Part shown: positions 28,607-37,392 of the stretch, piece after piece
How the letters are laid out: each line of letters begins with the position of its first letter
Numbering within the stretch: position 1 is the first letter of the stretch
Assembly: GCA_037142615.1 (NCBI GenBank)
Contig: JBAXAI010000006.1
Span: forward strand, 32,001-96,000
Length of the DNA stretch: 64,000 bases
Source: Spirochaetales bacterium
GTDB lineage: Bacteria; Spirochaetota; Spirochaetia; JABEVK01
Reading direction: 5' to 3'
Program-made: the position numbers and the translations under genes
Notes under the pieces: generated by a model
What the model was told of the DNA's origin: nothing
Seen by the model: only the letters and a program-made list of their open reading frames with translations
Databases searched by the model: none

Positions 28607-30976
28607 ATGAAGACACCCGCGTCGTTCCCCATCCCCGGCCTTACGCTGCGCATCGCGTCGCTCAAAGCCAAAATGCAGGCCGAGCCCCGCTACCTGTCGC
28701 TCGAGCAGGCGCTCCTCGTGACCAAGACCTACCAGGCCAACGAGGGGGCTTCGATGGCCCGCAAACGGGCGCTGTCGCTGGCGGCGGCCTTGAGGGAAAT
28801 CGCCATTGCCATCGATCCCGAAGAGCTGATCGTGGGCAACCGGACGGCCGGGGTGCGCGCCGGAGTGGTCTTCCCCGAAGCAGGAATCTCGTGGATCGAC
28901 AAGGAGCTGGAAACCCTGCCGACGCGCCCGCAAGACAAGTTCGGCGTGCGCCGTGAGGATATCGATGACTTTCGCCGCGTCGTTGCCCCCTATTGGAAAG
29001 GCAAGTCGCTCGAGGACACCATCCGCGCCGAAGCCGGAACCATCGTCGACGCCATCGGCCGGGTGGTGAAAATCAACCAGAAGGACCACGCGCAAGGGCA
29101 CATTTGCCCCGATACCGAAAAGTGGCTCCGCGTGGGGGCTGGCGGCCTTCAGCGCGAGGCCGAAGCCAAACTCGCCAGCGAAACCGACCCCGAGAAGCGC
29201 GAGTTTTATGAGTCGGTGGTCACGGTCCTGTCGGCGTCCCGCGATTTCATGCTCCGCTACGCCGTGCTGGCCGAAGAACTGGGCCTGCGCGAAGTGGCGC
29301 GGATTTGCCGCAAACTGGCGGCAGACGCGGGCTCGTGCGGCGCCGAAACCTTCCACGAGGCGTTGCAGGCGCTGTGGTTCCTGTTCGTCGTGCTGCACCT
29401 GGAAAGCAACGCCTCGTCGTTTTCGCCCGGGCGCGCCGACCAGTACCTGCTGCCGTACTTTCTGGCCGACAAAAAGGCCGGTCGCCTCGACGACTCGCGC
29501 GCCTTGGAGCTCATTGAGGCACTCTGGCTCAAGTTCAACCAGATCGTCTACCTGCGCAACTCGCACAGCGCGTCGTTCTTCGCCGGCTTCCCCATCGGAT
29601 TCAACGTGGCCTTGGGCGGACGAAACGCCGATGGCTCCGACGCGACCAATGAGCTGAGTTACCTGTTCCTGCAAGCGCAGGGTGCATTGGGGTTGCCGCA
29701 GCCCAACCTGTCGGCCCGGTTGCACGAAGGATCGCCGCAAGAGTTCCTCGACGCCTGCTCGACCGTGGTGGGCCGAGGCAGCGGCATGCCGCAGGTGTTC
29801 AACGACGAGAGCATTGTTCCCGCGCTGACAGCCCAGGGGATCAGCCGCGACGACGCCGAAAACTACGCCATCGTGGGTTGCGTGGAGCTGACCACTCACG
29901 GTAACAACTTGGGTTGGAGCGACGCGGCCATGTTCAACCTGCCCAAGGCTCTGGAATTGGCGCTCAACAACGGCGTCGACCTGATCACCGGCCAGCATCT
30001 GTCGCCCGGAACCGGAGCCCTGAGCGACTTCGCCACCTATCAGGACGTTGAAAAGGCTTTTGCCGCGCAGATCGACTACTTTTTTGAGGGGATGCTCGAG
30101 GCTTGTGTCAAAGTCGAGGCCGTCCACAAGCGGCTGATGCCGACGGCGTTCCTTTCGGCGGTGATCAACGACTGCCTCGACAAGGGGCTCGACGTGGTCG
30201 CCGGAGGGGCCCACTACAACCTTTCGGGCATTCAAGCCATCCAGATGGCCAACGTGGCCGACTCGCTGGCGGCCCTCAAAGTGCTGGTGTACGGAGACGG
30301 CGGCGAGAAGGGGCACAGACCTCTCGACCGGAGGGTTCTGCTCCAGGCCCTGCGCGACAACTTTGAGGGCAACGACGAGCTTCGCAAAACCCTGCTCGCC
30401 TCGCCCAAGTACGGCAACGACATCGCCTGGGTCGATGAGCTGGCCAACCAGTGGGTCACGTACTTTGCCAAAAAGTTCGACGGACGGACCAACTTCCGCG
30501 GAGGGCGCTACCACACTGGCATGTACACTGTCAGCGCCCACGTGCCGATGGGGGCCAACGTCGGTGCCTCGCCCGACGGCCGCCTGGCGAAAACCCCGCT
30601 CGCCGATGGGGGCATGTCGGCCGTGTACGGGCGCGACCTCAAGGGCCCGACCGCCGTGCTCAAGTCGGTATCGCGCATCAATTCGGCGCTCGGGAGCAAC
30701 GGGACGCTGCTGAACCTCAAGTTTCTGCCGAGTTTCTTTTCGACCTTTGAGGGCATTCAGAAGTTTTCGAGCCTGCTCAAGGCTTTTGTGCGGCTGCGGA
30801 TCAACCACGCGCAGTTCAACGTCGTCCGGGGGGAAGACCTGCTCGACGCACAGCTGCATCCCGAAAATCACCGGGGGCTGACCATCCGGGTGGCCGGCTA
30901 CACGGCCTACTTCACCGAGTTGGCCACCGACCTGCAGAACGAGATCATCGCCCGCACCGCCTATGATCATCTTTGA
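28607..30976 (+). CDS. pflD: Glycyl radical enzyme, PflD-like (1,5-anhydrohexitol-6-phosphate isomerase subfamily)
   Basis: Cys loop GCVE, Gly loop RVAGY; PflD-type segments TRPQDKF, INQKDHAQGHI, ESNASS, FAGFP, YTVSAHVP, SNGTLLNLKF. Confidence 0.85.
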   Translation: MKTPASFPIPGLTLRIASLKAKMQAEPRYLSLEQALLVTKTYQANEGASMARKRALSLAAALREIAIAIDPEELIVGNRTAGVRAGVVFPEAGISWIDKELETLPTRPQDKFGVRREDIDDFRRVVAPYWKGKSLEDTIRAEAGTIVDAIGRVVKINQKDHAQGHICPDTEKWLRVGAGGLQREAEAKLASETDPEKREFYESVVTVLSASRDFMLRYAVLAEELGLREVARICRKLAADAGSCGAETFHEALQALWFLFVVLHLESNASSFSPGRADQYLLPYFLADKKAGRLDDSRALELIEALWLKFNQIVYLRNSHSASFFAGFPIGFNVALGGRNADGSDATNELSYLFLQAQGALGLPQPNLSARLHEGSPQEFLDACSTVVGRGSGMPQVFNDESIVPALTAQGISRDDAENYAIVGCVELTTHGNNLGWSDAAMFNLPKALELALNNGVDLITGQHLSPGTGALSDFATYQDVEKAFAAQIDYFFEGMLEACVKVEAVHKRLMPTAFLSAVINDCLDKGLDVVAGGAHYNLSGIQAIQMANVADSLAALKVLVYGDGGEKGHRPLDRRVLLQALRDNFEGNDELRKTLLASPKYGNDIAWVDELANQWVTYFAKKFDGRTNFRGGRYHTGMYTVSAHVPMGANVGASPDGRLAKTPLADGGMSAVYGRDLKGPTAVLKSVSRINSALGSNGTLLNLKFLPSFFSTFEGIQKFSSLLKAFVRLRINHAQFNVVRGEDLLDAQLHPENHRGLTIRVAGYTAYFTELATDLQNEIIARTAYDHL

Positions 30977-33635
30977 CCTGCAGCGGTTCTCGGTGCACGA
31001 CGGGCCGGGAATCCGCACCACGGTTTTTTTGAAGGGTTGCCCCCTGCGTTGCCTGTGGTGCCAGAATCCCGAGGGCCTGGAGTTCGGGTTGGGCGATGCG
31101 GGAGACGCCGGAAAGGTGCGCGAAATTTCGCCCGCCGACTTGGCCGAGGAACTTTTGGCCGACGAAGTGTTCTTTGAAACCTCGGGCGGTGGCGTCACGT
31201 TTTCGGGTGGCGAACCGCTGGCGCAGGTCGACGAGCTGATCCAGACGGCCCGGCTTTTGCGGTCGCGCGGCATCCACGTAGCGGTTGAGACCTCGCTCTA
31301 CGTTCCGGCCGCCTTTGTGCGGAAAGTCTTGGGCGAGGTCGACCTGATACACGCTGACCTCAAGGCGTGGAACCCGGACGACCACAAGGCCTGGACTGGT
31401 CGGAGCAACACGCGGATTTTGGCAAACTTCCGGTTGGTAGCCGACGCGGCGCAGCAGGGCGGCCCCACGTTGATCGTTCGCACCCCGTTGGTCCCCGAAC
31501 ATACCGCCTCCGAGGCCAATCTGGGTCAGCTCCGCGAGTTCTTGTCGGGCTGGTCGCCGGCACCGGCGTGGGAACTGATGGACTTCAATGCGCTCGCCCG
31601 ATCGAAGTATCAGGGGATGGGCCGTAACAACTACCCGTTCGAGCACCTGAGCACCGGCTTGGGGGCCGAGCAGTTGCAGCACTTTCACGTGGTCGCCGGT
31701 CTGGCGGACCCACCCGTCAAGGAGACTTCCACCATGGTCAACTGCATCCGCGACTTTGTCACCCGCGCCCAAGCCGGGAACACGGTGTACATCACCGACG
31801 TTCGGCAGGCGTTTGAACGCCTTTCGGCGAGCGATTCGTTCCGGTTCGGTTTGGACCTCACCCTTCCCGACAAGAGCCATCGGAAGTTCGTGTTGCGGCT
31901 TCCCCACTTTGCGACCGCCGACGACACCCCCGAGCGGACCTTCGTGGTCGAGTACTTCCTGGCCGAGCTGTACAACCGGCTTTCGGCGCTGGGACCCCGC
32001 CGACTCGAGTTCCTTGCCGAGGAAGGCGTGGCAGAGGCTCCTTGGTTGCACCGGCGTTTCGAAAAGGACTTTGGTCTGTCGCTGAGCCGCAAAGACCGGC
32101 GAGGCTACGGCCGCGCGGTCAACGTGCTCGAACGCATGGTCGACTCGCTCGAGCACACGCACGGTTCGCGCATGACGTGCTCGTTCATGGTGGGCCCGGT
32201 TCAGGCGGCGAGCCCAACGGAGTCCGCGCCTCGGGGTGCGGTGGCAACAATGGCCAAGCGCGCCCTCGAAGGTGTCGAGGGCCGCACGCTCCTGGGCATC
32301 GACGTGGGGGGCAGCGACATCAAGCTGGCCTTGTCGCTGAAGGGGCGCTTGGCCGCGCTCAAGGAATACGACTGGTTCCCGGCCAAGTTCACCCGAATCA
32401 GCTCGCTGACCGATCCGTTGGAAGACCTCGTCAAACTGATGACGTGGCAGGCGATGGCACTGGGTGCGGCGGGAAAGCCCGACCCGGAGCTCGAGGCGGC
32501 TCTCGCACCTGCCTTCGCTCACGGAGCCGACGACGCAGCTTTGCAAAAGGCCCTGCGAGCGGCGGCCCCGCTGGTGGCCCGGCATCCGGCGTTTCAGCTC
32601 GACGGCATCGGGCACTCGTTCCCGGATGTCGTGGTGCGCGATAAAATTGTCGGCGGCGAGGTGTACAAAACGCGGGGCATCCGCGACAACGGCGCGCTCG
32701 ACTACGAAGCCGAGTTTCAGGGCCTGACCAACCTCGACGTCCGGTTGCGGCCGTACGTGAGGCCTGAGGGCCTCATCGCCACGGTCAACGACGGTCCGAT
32801 GGCCGCGTTCACGGCGCTGGTGGAGCAAGGGGCCGAGAATCCGCGCAGCGTGGCCGACGGGATCTTTGCGCACACGCTGGGCACCGAGTTGGGCACCGGT
32901 TGGGTCACCGAAAACGGCGTCATCCCCGACGTGCCGCTCGAAGTGTACAACTTCATCATCGACCTGGGCTCGTACCCCGAGCGCGAGTTTGCGTGCGACG
33001 ATCCGCGCAGCAACCGCAACTTCAACACCGACTTGCCCGGAACCCTCCAAAAGTACACCAGCCAGAGTGGGGCGTTCCGGCTGGCCCTCAAGTACTTCCC
33101 GGGCGAACGAAAAGACCTGATGGCCGAACTCGCCGAAAAGGGTTTCGTGGTGCCCGTCGGCGCCTCCGGGATGAAGATTCCCCCGGCGTTCCGGATTCCC
33201 ACCGAACCCAAGGACTTGCGCAAGCCCTTCCTCGAGTACCTGATGAGCCTGCCCGACCGCGACGGGCACCCGACGGTCGAAAAGATCTTCACCGAAATCG
33301 GGGAGTTCTTGGCGGTGGCGACGCTGGAATGCAATCAGATTCTCGGCCCGGCAGCCCAATCGCGCATCCTGTTCGGTCGCATGGTGAAAAACGCTGCGTG
33401 CTTCCGGTTGATGCAGAAGGGGGCCCGGTCGATCAGCAAGACCATCGAACTCGTGCCAGCCGCCGACGACTTGGCCGTGACCAAGCTGATGAAAGAGCTC
33501 AAGGCCGATCCGGACCACACCGTCGCGCAGTTTGCGCAAGCCGTCGGCGCCATCTACTACGCGGCGAGCCGACTTGGGGTTGAACAGGGCGCGCAATTGG
33601 TTCTTAATGAAAGTGATCATGACAAAACGCCTTGA
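30963..33635 (+). CDS. Glycyl-radical activating enzyme (radical SAM) fused in frame to an atypical ROK/sugar-kinase domain
   Basis: N-terminal QRFSVHDGPGIRTTVFLKGCPLRCLWCQNPE, GGVTFSGGEP; C-terminal GIDVGGSDIK, VNDGPMAA, HTLGTELGTG; internal AAGGAG RBS plus ATG at 31734. Confidence 0.8.
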   Translation: MIIFDLQRFSVHDGPGIRTTVFLKGCPLRCLWCQNPEGLEFGLGDAGDAGKVREISPADLAEELLADEVFFETSGGGVTFSGGEPLAQVDELIQTARLLRSRGIHVAVETSLYVPAAFVRKVLGEVDLIHADLKAWNPDDHKAWTGRSNTRILANFRLVADAAQQGGPTLIVRTPLVPEHTASEANLGQLREFLSGWSPAPAWELMDFNALARSKYQGMGRNNYPFEHLSTGLGAEQLQHFHVVAGLADPPVKETSTMVNCIRDFVTRAQAGNTVYITDVRQAFERLSASDSFRFGLDLTLPDKSHRKFVLRLPHFATADDTPERTFVVEYFLAELYNRLSALGPRRLEFLAEEGVAEAPWLHRRFEKDFGLSLSRKDRRGYGRAVNVLERMVDSLEHTHGSRMTCSFMVGPVQAASPTESAPRGAVATMAKRALEGVEGRTLLGIDVGGSDIKLALSLKGRLAALKEYDWFPAKFTRISSLTDPLEDLVKLMTWQAMALGAAGKPDPELEAALAPAFAHGADDAALQKALRAAAPLVARHPAFQLDGIGHSFPDVVVRDKIVGGEVYKTRGIRDNGALDYEAEFQGLTNLDVRLRPYVRPEGLIATVNDGPMAAFTALVEQGAENPRSVADGIFAHTLGTELGTGWVTENGVIPDVPLEVYNFIIDLGSYPEREFACDDPRSNRNFNTDLPGTLQKYTSQSGAFRLALKYFPGERKDLMAELAEKGFVVPVGASGMKIPPAFRIPTEPKDLRKPFLEYLMSLPDRDGHPTVEKIFTEIGEFLAVATLECNQILGPAAQSRILFGRMVKNAACFRLMQKGARSISKTIELVPAADDLAVTKLMKELKADPDHTVAQFAQAVGAIYYAASRLGVEQGAQLVLNESDHDKTP

Positions 33636-34374
33636 CCAAATACTGAAACTTCTTTCCGAACAACACAAAATAACTGTCATTCAGCTATCGGAAGAGCTTC
33701 ATGTGTCACCCGCTACCATCCGGCAGGATCTCACGGTGCTGGAGCAGGAAGGGCTTTTGGTGCGAACCCACGGCGGCGCTGAGCTCCGTGAGACCGACGA
33801 TTTGGCGCACCGCATGGCCATCAACTACGAGGACAAGCTCAAAATCGCGCGCCGCGCCGTCGAGTTCGTCAACGAGGGCGACACGATTTTCGTCGAGTCA
33901 GGCTCGACCAACGCCATCTTCGTCAAGGAACTGACCTCGCGCAAACGGGTCACGGTGATCACGTCGAACGCCTTCATCGCTCGTACGGTCGACCAGTCGC
34001 GCGGCGGCAGTGTCATCCTCATTGGCGGCGTCTACCAGCGCGAAAGCGAAAGCATAGTCGGCAACCTGGCCAAGTCGAACATCGACCAGTTGAACTTCAA
34101 ACAGGCCTTTTTGGGCGTCGATGGCTTTACCGTCGAAACCGGCTTTACCGGCCGCGACATGATGCGCGCCGAGATCGTGGCCTACATCGTGAAAAAGGCC
34201 CGCGAAGTGTTCATCCTGACCGACTCGTCGAAGTTCGGGCAGATCCACCTTTCGCAATACTGTCGGCTCGAAGACGTCGACCGCGTCGTGACCGACCAGG
34301 GGCTGGGCGCCGAGTTTCAGCAGGCGCTCGCCGGTCTGGTCGATCTCATCGTGGTCCCCAAAGACGCTTCCTAG
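33619..34374 (+). CDS. DeoR/GlpR-family transcriptional regulator
   Basis: HTH 'VSPATIRQDL...RTHGGA', 'TIFVESGST', 'VITS', 'DSSKFG'. Confidence 0.95.
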   Translation: MTKRLDQILKLLSEQHKITVIQLSEELHVSPATIRQDLTVLEQEGLLVRTHGGAELRETDDLAHRMAINYEDKLKIARRAVEFVNEGDTIFVESGSTNAIFVKELTSRKRVTVITSNAFIARTVDQSRGGSVILIGGVYQRESESIVGNLAKSNIDQLNFKQAFLGVDGFTVETGFTGRDMMRAEIVAYIVKKAREVFILTDSSKFGQIHLSQYCRLEDVDRVVTDQGLGAEFQQALAGLVDLIVVPKDAS

Positions 34375-35495
34375 AGTTCAGCGACCTTCACCCAACGTTG
34401 TTGGTTCACCGACGCATAGGCCGCGTCCATGACCAGGTTGTTGAGAACCCCGTCGCGCAGCCCTGGGCTCGGTTCCCGCTTGTCGAGCACAGCCTTGAGG
34501 AACTGGTACTGGTTTTCGGCGTGGGTACGCTCCCAGCCGATGATGGCGCGGGCCGGCGGCACCAACGCCCCTTCGTAGGTCTGAATCGTCTCCAAACGCG
34601 TCCAGCCCGACTCGCCCGACTTGCGGGTGGCGTCGAAATAGTACAGCCAGTTGGCGTCCATCAGATCGAAGCGAAGCGCGCCCTTGGACCCTTCAATAGT
34701 CAGACGCAGGTCGTCGGCCGAACCGGTGGCAAACCGCGAAACGGTCAGCGTGCCGGTGGCGCCGTTCTTCATCGTCGCCTGAAGCCAGGCCGCGTCGTCC
34801 ACATCGACCGGGCCCATTTCGGACGAACCCTTGGCCACCGGACGTTCCTTGATGTAGGTCCTGGTCGTCGCCGAAATTTGGTCAAACTCACCCACCAAGA
34901 AGCGCACCAGGTCGATGATGTGCGACCCGAGGTCCATGATGGCGCCGCCCCCTGAGTCCTTCATGCGCATGCGCCAACTCAGCGGACGCGAAGCATCCTG
35001 ATACCCGGTATGGAGATACTCAGCATGATAGCGGTACACGTCGCCGATGGCGCCGGCTTCGACGAGCTTGCGCGCCTTTTGGATGGCGGGAACAAACCGG
35101 TAGTTGAAGGTCATCCCCAGGGTACCCTTCGACGCCGCAGCAACCGCCAGAAGTTCCTTGGCCTGCGATCCCGAAAGCGCCAGCGGCTTTTCGCAATAGA
35201 TGCTCTTGCCGGCCTTGAGGACGAGAAGAGCGGCTTCGGCGTGCGCGTCGTTGGGGAGCACGCAATCGATGACATCGACCGCAGGATCGTTCACCAGGTC
35301 GGTGAGGTTGGTGTAGGCCTTTGCAAAGCCACCGTCGGTTTGCGCCTCATGTGCGCTCTTTTCGGACCGGGTACACACCGCCTCGAGCCGGTAGCGGGGA
35401 AAGCTGGGGTAGTAACTGGGAATGCTGCGGTAGGCCAGGGTATGGAGTTTGCCTATTCCCCCATAGCCCAACATTCCGATGCCGAGAATTGCCAT
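34371..35495 (-). CDS. Gfo/Idh/MocA-family NAD(P)-dependent oxidoreductase
   Basis: GYGGIG Rossmann motif, CEKP, GGAIMDLGSHIID. Confidence 0.92.
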   Translation of the reverse strand: MAILGIGMLGYGGIGKLHTLAYRSIPSYYPSFPRYRLEAVCTRSEKSAHEAQTDGGFAKAYTNLTDLVNDPAVDVIDCVLPNDAHAEAALLVLKAGKSIYCEKPLALSGSQAKELLAVAAASKGTLGMTFNYRFVPAIQKARKLVEAGAIGDVYRYHAEYLHTGYQDASRPLSWRMRMKDSGGGAIMDLGSHIIDLVRFLVGEFDQISATTRTYIKERPVAKGSSEMGPVDVDDAAWLQATMKNGATGTLTVSRFATGSADDLRLTIEGSKGALRFDLMDANWLYYFDATRKSGESGWTRLETIQTYEGALVPPARAIIGWERTHAENQYQFLKAVLDKREPSPGLRDGVLNNLVMDAAYASVNQQRWVKVAEL

Positions 35496-35504
35496 GGCTG
35501 CCCC

Positions 35505-36302
35505 TTAGCCCTTGAGGCCCTGGGCCGTCCGGTACTTGGCCGAGGCTTCGTCCATGGTGGCCTTGAGGTCGCGAACGGCCTGGGTGATGCCGCCCGCGCC
35601 GGGTTCAAACCGACCCTGGGGGCCCTTCATCAGCGGCGAAGAGAACTCGCCGACCGTCATGCCCCGGGCGATGAAGTCACCGACGTTCTTGCGGTTGAGG
35701 CCGCCGTCTTCCATCAGGTCGAGGTCGTGCTCGCGGCCGGCTTTGACGATCATTTCGTGCATGCGCGCGATGTTGTCGAGCATGATGGGGTCCATGGTGT
35801 GCGGGCTGGCAGCGCCGGTGGTGGGCTTCCAGAACGGTGCCTTGCTTTCGTATTCGATGATGTCGACAAACGGAATGTACTGTTCGAACGACACGATGGG
35901 AGTGCCCTGCCAGGCCCAAACGCCAACCTTGAGCTCGAGCGTTTCCTTGACGAACAGCACCTGCTGCATCAGCATTTCGCCGGTCGTCTCGATGGGAAGG
36001 CTGATCAGGTTGGCGCCCTGCTCCTTGAGCTGGCGCAGCAGGTCAAAGTTGGGACGCATCATCTGCAGCTGAACTTCGATTTCGAGGTTGGTGTGCCGGC
36101 GAATCCCCTCGAGGATGTCGATGCCACCACGGGGGGCCGAAAAGTCCATGTACTTGCCGTCGCGCATTTCGATGTGGATCCAGTCGGCGCCACCGGCCTC
36201 CAGTTCTTTCACGGTTGCGGCCAGGTTTCCATAGTCGGCCCAGAACAGGCCCGCTGCGATCTTCGTTTCTTTTCCAACAATACCGATTTTGGGAGTACTC
36301 AT
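35505..36302 (-). CDS. Divergent ribulose-phosphate 3-epimerase (RPE/AlsE) family protein
   Basis: AD..L..ELE.GGADWIHIEMRDG, EDGGLN; TIM-barrel pattern of RPE but with altered metal ligands; GGAGGT RBS. Confidence 0.75.
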   Translation of the reverse strand: MSTPKIGIVGKETKIAAGLFWADYGNLAATVKELEAGGADWIHIEMRDGKYMDFSAPRGGIDILEGIRRHTNLEIEVQLQMMRPNFDLLRQLKEQGANLISLPIETTGEMLMQQVLFVKETLELKVGVWAWQGTPIVSFEQYIPFVDIIEYESKAPFWKPTTGAASPHTMDPIMLDNIARMHEMIVKAGREHDLDLMEDGGLNRKNVGDFIARGMTVGEFSSPLMKGPQGRFEPGAGGITQAVRDLKATMDEASAKYRTAQGLKG

Positions 36303-36325
36303 GTGTCTCACCTCCAGATGCGAAA

Positions 36326-36430
36326 AGAGTACCCTGAGTCCTTTCATATGTCAAGAAAAGGTCATCATATGAACGGCAATACGAAAACTATTTGCTTTCA
36401 CCTGAAGTCATGATATTCTTCATATGGAGT
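36326..36430. promoter_or_regulatory. Divergent promoters (TTGACA-N17-TACTCT on -; TTGCTT-N16-TATTCT on +) with four TTTCA-NN-TGAA-like boxes
   Basis: Boxes at 36341, 36362, 36395, 36417 (spacings 21/33/22 bp). Confidence 0.65.
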
Positions 36431-36447
36431 TCCAGGGAGGTTGTTTG

Positions 36448-37392
36448 ATGGAGTCATTTCTTTGCGGGGTGGATATTGGCGGGACAAAGCTCAGCGTGGG
36501 GCTGGTCACCGAGGCCGGCGACTTGGTGGATCAGCTGACCGTCCACGATCACGTCACGAAGACGCCGGACCTCATCATGCAGCAGATCGCCGGCCTCGTG
36601 GGGCAGCTTTTGGAACAAAACTCGCTGAAGCAAGACCGGCTTCGCGGCGTCGGCGTCGCAACGGCCGGGCACCTGCGCTTCCGCGACGGCACGCTGATCA
36701 CGATGAGCAACCTCGAGGGGTTCCGCGGCTATCCTATCCGTGACAAATTGCAGGCGCACTTCTCGGTGCCCGTGGTCGTCGACAACGACGCCAACGCGCA
36801 AGCGTTTGCCGAGTACAAGTTCGGGGCTGGGCGAGGGTACCCCGACCTGGTTTTTTTGACCATCAGCACGCAAATCGGAGCGGGCCTCATCCTCGGCGGC
36901 CAGATGTTCCGCGGCATGACGGGAACAGCGGGCGAGATCGGCCATACCATTGTCGACCCGAACAGCGACCTGGTGTGCCCCTGCGGCAACAAAGGTTGCT
37001 TGATCGCGGTGGCGTCGAGCGTGAACCTCGACAAAGTGTATCGGCGCAAGGTCGCGGGCTTGGGAGTTCAGCCCACCCTGGGCCCGGGCCTCATCGACGG
37101 GCCCTTCATCAAGAGGGGCCTCGACCAGGGCGACCCTGCCTCGCAGCAACTGGTGGCCGAGTACGCCGATTACATTGGCATCGCCCTGTACAACCTGTTT
37201 CAGATCTTCAATCCCAACGCCATCGTGCTCGGCGGCGGCCTGACCGCGTGGGGAGCCCCGTTCTTCGAGGGCATCGAACGCAAGTTCAAGGCTTTGGCCC
37301 GCGACATGCTTTTCGACCCCATGCCTATTTTGAAGGGAACCGTGGCGCACTCCGGTTTGGTGGGGGCCGCCTCGCTGGTGAGCGCCACGTGA
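36448..37392 (+). CDS. ROK-family sugar kinase
   Basis: GVDIGGTK, DNDANA, AGEIGH...CPCGNKGCL Zn motif; no N-terminal HTH. Confidence 0.9.
   Translation: MESFLCGVDIGGTKLSVGLVTEAGDLVDQLTVHDHVTKTPDLIMQQIAGLVGQLLEQNSLKQDRLRGVGVATAGHLRFRDGTLITMSNLEGFRGYPIRDKLQAHFSVPVVVDNDANAQAFAEYKFGAGRGYPDLVFLTISTQIGAGLILGGQMFRGMTGTAGEIGHTIVDPNSDLVCPCGNKGCLIAVASSVNLDKVYRRKVAGLGVQPTLGPGLIDGPFIKRGLDQGDPASQQLVAEYADYIGIALYNLFQIFNPNAIVLGGGLTAWGAPFFEGIERKFKALARDMLFDPMPILKGTVAHSGLVGAASLVSAT

Noticed and set aside
28574-33680. Very long antisense ORFs (899 aa and 911 aa) opposite pflD and the activase fusion
   Set aside because: Shadow ORFs from high-GC codon bias; no motifs or RBS, and the sense genes are clearly real.
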